Source of the DNA: a virus
Lineage: Duplodnaviria; Caudoviricetes
Direction: 5' to 3' (one strand)
Length of the DNA: 64,000 nt
IMG/VR virus record: IMGVR_UViG_3300037466_001900
Location: 1,608 to 65,607 of that record
The notes under the pieces were generated by a model. The model was not told the origin of the DNA. It ran no database searches and was given only the letters and a program-made list of their open reading frames with translations. The position numbers and the translations under genes are program-made. Shown here one piece after another: positions 28,669 through 36,403 of the stretch (within the stretch, counting starts at the first letter, position 1; the number at the start of each line of letters is the position of its first letter).

Positions 28669-29068
28669 TGCTTGAGCCTTCCTGTGATCTGGCGCGGAGG
28701 GCGGCGGCGGTTAGAGCGAGGGCGGGAATTGCGGCACGCACTTCCTTGCCTTCGGTAAACAGGTGACGGACTATCGCCTCAGCATGATCGGCGTAGGCAT
28801 CAACGCCCCACACCATCCCCTCCGGCACAAGTGTCATGGCTGCGTCTAGGAACGCTTCGCAAGCGAGCTTATCCGTGAACAACCCAAAACGGTGGTTCCA
28901 CTCTACCCATCGCCTAGTCGTCTGAAGGCGCAGCACGTTGGAATACATTCTGGCTGGCGGCGGGTCACAAAGCCGGAAAGCTTCTTCCAGCACTTCTGAT
29001 TGCTGCTCAGCCATCGCTTTCTCGCAGCGCTCGGCCAACTCCAACAGCTTATCACTTGTCATATTCAT
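28658..29068 (-). CDS. Hypothetical protein (Ea22-like accessory)
   Basis: LLELAERCE...LDAAMTLVPEG...PALALTAAALRAR. Confidence 0.6.
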   Translation of the reverse strand: MNMTSDKLLELAERCEKAMAEQQSEVLEEAFRLCDPPPARMYSNVLRLQTTRRWVEWNHRFGLFTDKLACEAFLDAAMTLVPEGMVWGVDAYADHAEAIVRHLFTEGKEVRAAIPALALTAAALRARSQEGSSNVR

Positions 29069-29919
29069 CGCATGCTGTTCCTTAAGTTCTCTCGGTCCTG
29101 CCTGAACATGTGGAGCGAGGTGATATGCATCCGAAAAGTCCCGGGCTGAACCTCGCCCCAGGTCTCCCGATCAATATTCTGGCATTGGTGGAGGACCCAG
29201 AGCAGAAGCCGAATAGTCAGATAGACGTCGTCCCGGAAGTGCCGAATGTAGTCGCACGACCGCATTGGATAGACCAGGTGGAGGAAGTCGCCAAAGTTGC
29301 CCATCGGCCGGCGGATGATATGATAGCCCAGGGTGCAGGGAACCCGCTTGCCCATTCTGGCCGCGGCCGTGTCCTCGGGGAAGAAGATTGGGAGATAGGC
29401 CTGGCGGGTCAGAGGATCGTCGACCAAAGTTTGCACCAGGTCACTTAAGTCCCCGACACCAAACCGGATGCCCCTAGCCTTGAGAGGCAGTTTCAGAAAC
29501 TCATCATCGTCGCTGGGCAGTCGTCCATCCACAGTCATGCCGGCATACTTCGGCCAGTATCGTTCGGCATAGCTATGATCGTACTGCGGCACATTCTCCC
29601 CCTCGCGGAGATGTGCCGCAGCCGACCGGGCGTATGGCCATATCTTCCAGGTCTCGCCTGGATTGATTGGCTCGCCGCTGACCCGTTCTTCTTCAAAGTG
29701 GCGATCGGCCCAGGGTAGGTTTGGCCGGATCACATCGGCAATGGTTCCAAGATCCTCCTCCCCTCGAAGATCGAGAGTAAAGGACCGGTTAAAGAGCTCG
29801 ACCATGGGTTGTGGAGCGTCCGCCGACTGCCACTTTTTAGCAGCCACTTCTGGCGCATCCAAGAACTCCTTGTTCAGGTGGTCAGTCAGCCGTTTGAACT
29901 GGTCGGTCAATGTATACAT
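29065..29919 (-). CDS. Thymidylate synthase homolog, dCMP hydroxymethylase/methylase-type
   Basis: RQAY, VPCT (catalytic Cys), RSCDYIRHFRDD with Asp at the E. coli TS N177-equivalent position; start at ATG 29919 after GAGGAG. Confidence 0.82.
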   Translation of the reverse strand: MYTLTDQFKRLTDHLNKEFLDAPEVAAKKWQSADAPQPMVELFNRSFTLDLRGEEDLGTIADVIRPNLPWADRHFEEERVSGEPINPGETWKIWPYARSAAAHLREGENVPQYDHSYAERYWPKYAGMTVDGRLPSDDDEFLKLPLKARGIRFGVGDLSDLVQTLVDDPLTRQAYLPIFFPEDTAAARMGKRVPCTLGYHIIRRPMGNFGDFLHLVYPMRSCDYIRHFRDDVYLTIRLLLWVLHQCQNIDRETWGEVQPGTFRMHITSLHMFRQDRENLRNSMR

Positions 29920-30184
29920 CGATGAACTCCTCAACCCCTCTTTTGCCATGAATTACCTCTGCATTAAACCCCATCTTCTGAAGAATTTTGATAAAGGCTA
30001 ACTGGACCCCTGTGGCCTTCTCCCCGTCCTTCTTGAGTTCACGAAAGAATACCCGCCCTGGAGGAAGCAGAATGAGACGATCGGGAATGCCACGATAGAG
30101 AGCGGCCGGCAACTTGAAACATTTGCCGCCGGCGCGCTCTATCGCCTTCCTAAGATCTTTCTCGTGGTCGGCTTCCTTGACCAT
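29882..30184 (-). CDS. VRR-NUC nuclease
   Basis: GIPDRLILLPPGRVFFRELKK...Q. Confidence 0.88.
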   Translation of the reverse strand: MVKEADHEKDLRKAIERAGGKCFKLPAALYRGIPDRLILLPPGRVFFRELKKDGEKATGVQLAFIKILQKMGFNAEVIHGKRGVEEFIDVYIDRPVQTAD

Positions 30185-30516
30185 TAAGCCGAACGGCCCT
30201 GCTTCATCTCGGCAATGGTAGCTGGGTCATCTTCCCTATGCTTACCTCGATCCGGGTCGCCTTCTCCTTTTGCTTCTCTATATCCCTCGAACTCATTAGC
30301 AAGATGCCGAATATCCGAAACATAACCAGGGGACATATTCAATCTTTCAGCTTCATCCGCATAAGCCCGTAAAGCTGCAGGTGCAGCTGGGTCACGAGCG
30401 CCAATGACAAAGTTTGGCCACTCTACCACAGACCCATCCCGACGCTTGACCAGATATTTACCCTCGGGCGTCTTAGGATCGTTCCTCCACAATCCACTTA
30501 AAATAGGCTTTTCCAT
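30184..30516 (-). CDS. Conserved phage hypothetical protein
   Basis: KYLVKRRDG...FVIGARDPAAPAALRAYA; RBS GGAG before ATG 30516. Confidence 0.65.
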   Translation of the reverse strand: MEKPILSGLWRNDPKTPEGKYLVKRRDGSVVEWPNFVIGARDPAAPAALRAYADEAERLNMSPGYVSDIRHLANEFEGYREAKGEGDPDRGKHREDDPATIAEMKQGRSA

Positions 30517-30517
30517 T

Positions 30518-30658
30518 TCACTTCTCCTTGCAGTCATCAGGTGGTGGGTTTTCGAGTAACATCTCGGCAACTCGGTTCCCAGGTTTAAACGATTTACGAA
30601 CGCAGCCACGCCAACAGGCTATCTTACTGCACTTACTAGGCCAAGGACCGTAGGTCAT
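30518..30658 (-). CDS. Small Cys-rich hypothetical protein
   Basis: ATGA overlap with the polymerase stop. Confidence 0.4.
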   Translation of the reverse strand: MTYGPWPSKCSKIACWRGCVRKSFKPGNRVAEMLLENPPPDDCKEK

Positions 30659-32607
30659 TTCTTGTACACCTTGCTGACATATCCCTCTGTCGCTAAGGGG
30701 AAGCCTTCGGCCCATTCCGAACTGTTGCAGAGCAGCCACTCAAATCGTTCGAGCTCGTCCTTCCGGCCCTCGCCTTCCGCGATGGCCTCGTCGTGGCAGT
30801 GGCCGATGACTGAGAACCCCTCCTTGTCCGCGGCCAGCATCCCGTCCCGAAGGACGTCCCGGCATTGGGCCTGGATGATATTCTCGACCAGTGACCCGCC
30901 GAACGTGTCGGTCTTGATCCAGGACGAACCTAGGGGTGTATAGAATTCGAAGGTGCTGCGGGGTTCACCATTCCAGATCTCGGTGCCCAGCGAAGGCTTA
31001 GGATAGCAGATAGAGCCGGAAGGCATGTCAATGTAAAGGACGGGGTATCCATTAGCCAGCGTCTCGGGCCGGGCCGTGAACCTGCCGAACTGAACGGGCG
31101 AGCCCTTGCGGGTAGCCTTGATGCACGCCCGCTCGGCGTCCCTCCAGAATTGCTTGATCGCTGGAACCGAGTCTCTATAACCGTAGACCGCCTTCTCGGC
31201 TTCCTCCTCAGATAGGATCAGCGGCGGCACGGCCTTGGTCCTACACGTATCTATGAACCGATCCCGCCCCATGCCATAGCCACACCCTAGGATGATCTGC
31301 TTACCTACAAACCGCTCTCGGCTATTCTTGTCGATCTTGCTGGGGTGGATACCATAAACCCTACCCGCTGCGATCTTGTACACGTCCTCGCCCTTGGTAT
31401 AGGCCTCTACCAGCCAGTCCTCTCCAGCCGACCACGCTAAGCCCCTAGGCTCGACCGAGCTGTAGTCCGCCACCATGAACTGTTGCTGACTCTCGAAGAA
31501 CCCGCGGATCGACTGGGCAACAACAGTCAGGGGCCAGTCGAACATCATACAGATATCATTAGCATCTTCCTCAAGCAACTCCAGAAGGACCTCGGGATTA
31601 CACTCACCCTCAGGCTTCTGAAGGTTGTGCATCTGAACACCAGTTGAACTCCATCGCCTGGTTGACGCGGCTGAGAACAGGAACCCGCCACGGATGCGCC
31701 CATCGGGAGACACACACGCCTGGATAGTCTTAAGCTTCTTGGTCCCTGCCCGACTAAGCTCTATCCGAAACCGCATTAAATCCTTCAGATCTTCGGGCAG
31801 GTCGTCACGGTTCATATAGGCTTCAACCGTGGGCGCCTGGAGGTTCCACATGGGAAAGCCTCGGCTCTCCATGAAGGCTAGGGTCTTGTCCCGCTGGCTT
31901 GGCCGGCATCCAGCGATCGCGACCGCCTGCTCAGTAAGTTTCTCCGAGTACTCTTCGACAAAGGCTATGGCCTTGTTCACTCGGTCCATGTTGACCGGCA
32001 TACCGGCGTCGTTGATCTTGTAGTCGAGGACGAAAGCATCTTTCTCGACCTGGCTCAATGGTGGCAGGATCTTGTCCATCTGGACTTCAACCCGGACGTC
32101 CTGTTTACAGTACTCCATGAATTCCTTGAAGTCATCAGGACGATCAGCCGGCATGCACCGGCCTTTCTTCTTGTGCGGTTTGGTGAACAGCTGGATCAGG
32201 GCTGCACCTCTTGGGTCCTTCTGCTCCCCCAACCCCAAGGCTTCCGCCCCCGTCTCGAGTTTCCCAGGCAAGGCTAGCATCCGGGCTCTGGCAGCAGTGC
32301 AATCCCACTGTTCTGGCTTTGGGATAAGAGGGAAGTTGTGCCGGCGCATTCCGACCTTTTCCCAGATGGCTCGCTCAAAGTGAGCGTTGTGCGCCCCGAT
32401 CGGAACACCCTTCATCACCAGATCGAATAGGTAAGCCATCTTCCACAGCGCATCAGGCTGGGTCATGTCGATGGCAACCGGCTCTTCATTGTCGATCGAA
32501 TAACCGGCAATCAAGATTTCAGTCGATGGGTCTTCCGCATAGCGCATTCCACCGACAAGCTTAATGTCGGCTTCGCTATATGTTTCCCAGTCGAGATGGA
32601 TCTTCAT
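30655..32607 (-). CDS. Family A DNA polymerase with 3'-5' exonuclease
   Basis: Exo I DWET; motif A DYSSVEPR; motif B RFVGKQIILGCGYG; motif C HDE. Confidence 0.93.
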   Translation of the reverse strand: MKIHLDWETYSEADIKLVGGMRYAEDPSTEILIAGYSIDNEEPVAIDMTQPDALWKMAYLFDLVMKGVPIGAHNAHFERAIWEKVGMRRHNFPLIPKPEQWDCTAARARMLALPGKLETGAEALGLGEQKDPRGAALIQLFTKPHKKKGRCMPADRPDDFKEFMEYCKQDVRVEVQMDKILPPLSQVEKDAFVLDYKINDAGMPVNMDRVNKAIAFVEEYSEKLTEQAVAIAGCRPSQRDKTLAFMESRGFPMWNLQAPTVEAYMNRDDLPEDLKDLMRFRIELSRAGTKKLKTIQACVSPDGRIRGGFLFSAASTRRWSSTGVQMHNLQKPEGECNPEVLLELLEEDANDICMMFDWPLTVVAQSIRGFFESQQQFMVADYSSVEPRGLAWSAGEDWLVEAYTKGEDVYKIAAGRVYGIHPSKIDKNSRERFVGKQIILGCGYGMGRDRFIDTCRTKAVPPLILSEEEAEKAVYGYRDSVPAIKQFWRDAERACIKATRKGSPVQFGRFTARPETLANGYPVLYIDMPSGSICYPKPSLGTEIWNGEPRSTFEFYTPLGSSWIKTDTFGGSLVENIIQAQCRDVLRDGMLAADKEGFSVIGHCHDEAIAEGEGRKDELERFEWLLCNSSEWAEGFPLATEGYVSKVYKK

Positions 32608-32627
32608 CGCGTGGTGGCTCTTCCCCT

Positions 32628-32668
32628 AAAAGCCCCGCTGGTTACAGAAGGTAGGGAACCAGCGGGGC
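32628..32668 (-). terminator. Intrinsic terminator directly upstream of the polymerase gene
   Basis: GCCCCGCTGGTT-loop-AACCAGCGGGGC-TTTT on the minus strand. Confidence 0.7.
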
Positions 32669-32699
32669 GCATTCTCACAGGTGCTTCAAGTCTGTGAGA

Positions 32700-33509
32700 T
32701 TAGGGTTGAACGTCCGAACTCCCGGAACCGTCAGCTCCAGAGGTGTCGGCTCCAGAGGTGTCAGTCCCCGAAGTGTCGGCTCCAGAGGTATCAGTCCCCG
32801 AAGTGTCGGCTCCAGAGGTATCAGTCCCCGGAGTGTCGGTCGAACTGGCGCCCGAGGTATCGGCCCCAGAACCACTTGTATCCGTGCCTCCGGCGTCAGT
32901 GGGGGCCGGTGCGGGAGCCGGCGAAGCCGAACCACCTGCCGAGGCCACGATCGCGTCCAGCGCGGCCTGAGCGTTCCGAGCTGTGAGAATAGCCTGGGTC
33001 AGATCCACTGGCTGGTTATTGGCGGCCGCTTCCTGGGCAGCCTGGAGAGCAGCTTCGAGGTCCTTCATCTCAGGGCCAAGGGCAGCAGCATCAGCTGCAA
33101 TACCATCGAGAGCAGTTTGAAGGTCGTTGATGTCGGCCATTGTCTTGTCCATTTCCTTTTCTAGAGTAGTGAGTCGTTCATCGGTGGTGGGGTGGTGGGG
33201 TTTCATTTCATTGGGCAGCTCCCTTCTGCTTGTATGGACGATGTCGTGAGTGATCCCTGGGTCCTTCATTCTCGAGGGGTTCTGCAACTTGAAAAACTTG
33301 AACTCCTCAATCCGGTCCAGGACTGCCTGAATGTGATGGAGGTCTCCACCTTCAGTCATGAGGCAGCCGTGATAGTGCCATAGGACAGGTAGGGCGTGGA
33401 TGTCCCTGGCTCGAAAAATAATGACTGGTTCATCATCGGGAATTTCTTCCCCCGACACACGGTTAACGAACCGGCCATTCTCAAACTTGAACTTGCGGTC
33501 TTCAGCCAT
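32700..33509 (-). CDS. Bipartite hypothetical protein (conserved phage domain plus coiled coil and GTDTS/GADTS repeats)
   Basis: IFRARDIHALPVL N-domain; possible internal start; low-complexity tail. Confidence 0.65.
   Translation of the reverse strand: MAEDRKFKFENGRFVNRVSGEEIPDDEPVIIFRARDIHALPVLWHYHGCLMTEGGDLHHIQAVLDRIEEFKFFKLQNPSRMKDPGITHDIVHTSRRELPNEMKPHHPTTDERLTTLEKEMDKTMADINDLQTALDGIAADAAALGPEMKDLEAALQAAQEAAANNQPVDLTQAILTARNAQAALDAIVASAGGSASPAPAPAPTDAGGTDTSGSGADTSGASSTDTPGTDTSGADTSGTDTSGADTSGTDTSGADTSGADGSGSSDVQP
32731..32840 (-). repeat. 15/30-bp coding tandem repeat
   Basis: TCAGTCCCCGAAGTGTCGGCTCCAGAGGT(A/G) units at 32761, 32791 and 32821 (partial). Confidence 0.9.
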
Positions 33510-33753
33510 CAGAGCCCTCCGTCAAATAGTATTGCCGAGCGCCCGCAGAGGATACAACACTAATCATTCCTCTATGTTCCAGCTTCCTCGAAAGGTTGGC
33601 GCACTCCTGGGAGGAGACCTTTACCAGGCGGGCCAGCTTAGCCGACCGGATACCGGGCTCCTTCTTGATATGCCGAAGCATGGCCCTCATCTTCTCCTGG
33701 GTCTCGGGCAGGAGAGGCCTGCCTGGGCCGAAGGTGTCAAATTCAATGGTCAT
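33502..33753 (-). CDS. Winged-helix DNA-binding protein
   Basis: IKKEPGIRSAKLARLVKVS...L...GMI. Confidence 0.6.
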   Translation of the reverse strand: MTIEFDTFGPGRPLLPETQEKMRAMLRHIKKEPGIRSAKLARLVKVSSQECANLSRKLEHRGMISVVSSAGARQYYLTEGSDG

Positions 33754-33843
33754 GCTGTCTCCTTGGATTGGTGGGGCCGGCTAGGCGGGCTAACCAGCCC
33801 CGAGGTCTGAGCGAACAGGGGGAACACTCAAACCCCTATTGCA

Positions 33844-34392
33844 TCATACAAGTTCGCCGTCTTCGTCCTCTTCGTCGGCAAAGGCGTCTTCAGCCGACCG
33901 CCGGCCCGAACGCCGTTCGCCGTCCTCAAGCTTCTGGAAAGAGTTGAGGATCGCGCCAACACCTTTGTTCCCCGCCTTATCGTAGGGGAAAAGCCAGATG
34001 TCGCCGCGAGCAATACAACCGGAATAGACATCGAACTTGTCGATGATCTCTTCCAGGTCCTTGTCGACCACCTGGGGCCGGTCCGTCGAGCTGGCCTTCA
34101 GGAAGACCTTGCCTTCGTACATCTCGGCGTCCTTGGCGTCTTCTTTCTCCTCGCCCTTACGGAGCGGCGACTTCAGCTGGCCCTTCGCCAGCATGTCTTT
34201 CGCCTTCTTGCCCCACTTCTCCTCGGCGACCTCAATGATCGCCTGTTCGAGCTTGGCCAGCTTGGGGTTATCCTCGTCCCACAGGAACGTGGCGCAGAAC
34301 TGCGGTTCCTTGCCTTCCTGCATCGGCGGCTGGGCCTTGAAGACGTGGACATATGCGGTTTCGCCGCGAGGGATGACAATTTGCTGTCCCAT
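33844..34392 (-). CDS. Single-stranded DNA-binding protein (DUF2815, T7 gp2.5-like)
   Basis: PLRKG, VYSGC.AR, GNKGV...LNSFQKL.DGE, acidic tail. Confidence 0.88.
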   Translation of the reverse strand: MGQQIVIPRGETAYVHVFKAQPPMQEGKEPQFCATFLWDEDNPKLAKLEQAIIEVAEEKWGKKAKDMLAKGQLKSPLRKGEEKEDAKDAEMYEGKVFLKASSTDRPQVVDKDLEEIIDKFDVYSGCIARGDIWLFPYDKAGNKGVGAILNSFQKLEDGERRSGRRSAEDAFADEEDEDGELV

Positions 34393-34395
34393 AGT

Positions 34396-34863
34396 TCATT
34401 GTTCCTCTTCGTTCTCTTCGTTCATGTATGCCAGCTTCATCCCAGAGGACTGGCGGGCGGTGAGCTCGGCAAGCTTAGCTGCGAACAGCTTCCTACCGAG
34501 GGTCTTCTCGGCCTGGGCCGGCGACAGCGGGGTCCGCGGTGCGACGACATCAAGCTTCGAGAATTTGCGTAACACTTTAAGGAGTTCTTCCTCCTCGAGT
34601 TTCCAGTAGCGCCGGGGCTGGGTTGGGACCAGGGCGACCTTGCTCAGCTTAGCATCGTTCTCCAGCCGGGTAGTGAGCAGCTCCTCGACCGCCTTCAGCC
34701 AGGCCTTAACCAACGGGACCTGGGCGGCTAATTCATCAAGCTGCTTATCAGTCAATGCAGGCAGAGGTATTACGTCCGACTGCACTATCTTACCCGGGCC
34801 AGTGATAGCCTCCTTTCTTGGAGGCCGTATCCTAGCTAACGATTGAACTTGTCGATCTTGCAT
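34396..34863 (-). CDS. C-terminal half of a DUF2800-type exonuclease as a separate ORF
   Basis: LTDKQLDEL..V..W..AVE...RRYW...LSPAQAEKTLG; own RBS. Confidence 0.65.
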   Translation of the reverse strand: MQDRQVQSLARIRPPRKEAITGPGKIVQSDVIPLPALTDKQLDELAAQVPLVKAWLKAVEELLTTRLENDAKLSKVALVPTQPRRYWKLEEEELLKVLRKFSKLDVVAPRTPLSPAQAEKTLGRKLFAAKLAELTARQSSGMKLAYMNEENEEEQ

Positions 34864-34878
34864 GTGGTGGCGTCCTTC

Positions 34879-35595
34879 TTACTCATCGTCCATCGGATAT
34901 GCGGCCAGGAGCGAAAGGCTGTGCTTCTTCGCCGCCGGGCAGATACCCAGAGCCTTACAGAACTTCCTGCAGTGATCGCCGACCGTGTGTTTGCTCTTCC
35001 GATCGTAATTACCCTCGATCGCCCGTTCCAGGTCGGCCCTGAATTTGACAAAGTAGTCGTTGTCCAGGGGCCATTCTCGGATTGGGCCATCAACGTGGTA
35101 TGCCCGGGGCTGCAAAATGACCAGGCGATACTCGGGCCTCTGCCCGAACCTATGGACCGCGCCCACCAGATACGTAAGCATCTGGAGGTTTTCGGGGACT
35201 TCGACCAAGCCCTTACCATATTTAAGGTCGACCACGGTGATGCGGTGATCCTCAACGATGATCAGGTCGGACGTGCCCGTGAGATCGACAAAGCCGAACG
35301 TCTCCCCGAAGTCGACTTTCTGCTCGACGAACCGTTCACCTGGTTGCTTGCCGACCCACTCAGCGCATTCCATCAAGTAGTCGTACATGTCCTCGTCAGG
35401 GCAGGCCGAAAGATCCTGCTGGCCCAGGAGGTGCTTGGCCAGCCACTCATGTGCTCGAGTTCCTTCGTCTGCCGCCGCACTCGACGTGTCCTCAATCCCG
35501 GCGACCTGGCGCCGCCACGCATGGCAATGAAACCATTTGTCCGCGGACGATGGCGGCAACTCACTGTGGGTCTCAGGCCCGACTACTTCAACCAT
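34879..35595 (-). CDS. PD-(D/E)xK Cas4-like exonuclease (DUF2800 N-terminal part)
   Basis: HSELPPSSADKW..C, EGT.AHE, GTSD, VVDLKYGKG, Q...Y, C..C...C. Confidence 0.88.
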   Translation of the reverse strand: MVEVVGPETHSELPPSSADKWFHCHAWRRQVAGIEDTSSAAADEGTRAHEWLAKHLLGQQDLSACPDEDMYDYLMECAEWVGKQPGERFVEQKVDFGETFGFVDLTGTSDLIIVEDHRITVVDLKYGKGLVEVPENLQMLTYLVGAVHRFGQRPEYRLVILQPRAYHVDGPIREWPLDNDYFVKFRADLERAIEGNYDRKSKHTVGDHCRKFCKALGICPAAKKHSLSLLAAYPMDDE

Positions 35596-35596
35596 G

Positions 35597-35965
35597 TTAG
35601 GCTAGCGCCTCCTGGAGGTCTTTCTTCAATGCCTTCCATTTGTCGACCGGAGCCGACGAAACGGTTTCGAGGTCATGGGTTTCCAGGATCTTGCGGAAGG
35701 CGGCCCGATCCTTTTTGATCAGGTCCTTGCCCAACACCTGGAGATCGGCCATCTTAACCTCCTCTTCAACTTCCTCGGTCTGAGCCTCGTCGTCGTCGGG
35801 TTGTTCATCCTCGGCCGGCGAGGCGGGTTTTTGGGAACGTTTCGCCGGCCGAGGGGCGGGCTCCGATGTCGTAGGGGCAACTACGGCATCGGCTAGATCT
35901 AGAAGACCTTGCCCGATTGCTCTAAGCGCTTTCACTAATTCTGGGTTGGCAGGTAGCGTCATCAA
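35597..35965 (-). CDS. Hypothetical protein typical upstream of DUF2800
   Basis: Helix, acidic linker, helical C-terminal domain. Confidence 0.65.
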   Translation of the reverse strand: MMTLPANPELVKALRAIGQGLLDLADAVVAPTTSEPAPRPAKRSQKPASPAEDEQPDDDEAQTEEVEEEVKMADLQVLGKDLIKKDRAAFRKILETHDLETVSSAPVDKWKALKKDLQEALA

Positions 35966-36123
35966 TATCCCCCTCTCGGTGCTCTATGTGATCTCGGTGG
36001 AAGGTCACCACCACGGTGTTCTCACCGGTGGATAACGGAACTGTGCCCTGGGACCTTCCTATGGCCAATTCATCTTAAATGGTGGGGAAAGTATACCCCG
36101 GCAACTAAAATATTTTCCAGAGA

Positions 36124-36151
36124 GGGTTTACGGGCCGCAGAAGTAGTGACA
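36124..36151 (+). promoter_or_regulatory. Conserved early promoter-like motif, copy 1
   Basis: GGGTTTAC-N15-TGACA at the start of the rightward early region. Confidence 0.6.
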
Positions 36152-36190
36152 CAGAAGGGGATGTCAACCACGCAGAAGGAGATCACCCAG

Positions 36191-36403
36191 ATGAAAAGGT
36201 CCACCACCCCTAAACGCCTCTATACAATCGTCGCCTGTAATGAGGACGGCGAACATCTTGCCGAAGTTCAACACGCTAACTGGCAGGATGTCTCGTCTCT
36301 CATCGCGGCTTGGACCCGCCAATTCGAACTGGGTATGGATGCCGGTGAAGGACTATCCTGGTCGATTACCGGCTACATCCAGATCCACCCGGAGCTCGAC
36401 TAA
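36191..36403 (+). CDS. Hypothetical early protein
   Basis: AAGGAG RBS, ATG 36191. Confidence 0.55.
   Translation: MKRSTTPKRLYTIVACNEDGEHLAEVQHANWQDVSSLIAAWTRQFELGMDAGEGLSWSITGYIQIHPELD

Noticed and set aside
29065-29919. Thymidine hypermodification via hm-dUMP (M6/ViI type)
   Set aside because: Specificity residue is Asp (dCMP-type), and no aGPT-PPlase or DNA 5hmU kinase is recognisable; not fully excluded without an assay
32731-32840. CRISPR or DGR template/variable repeat
   Set aside because: Simple in-frame coding tandem repeat; no reverse transcriptase in the window
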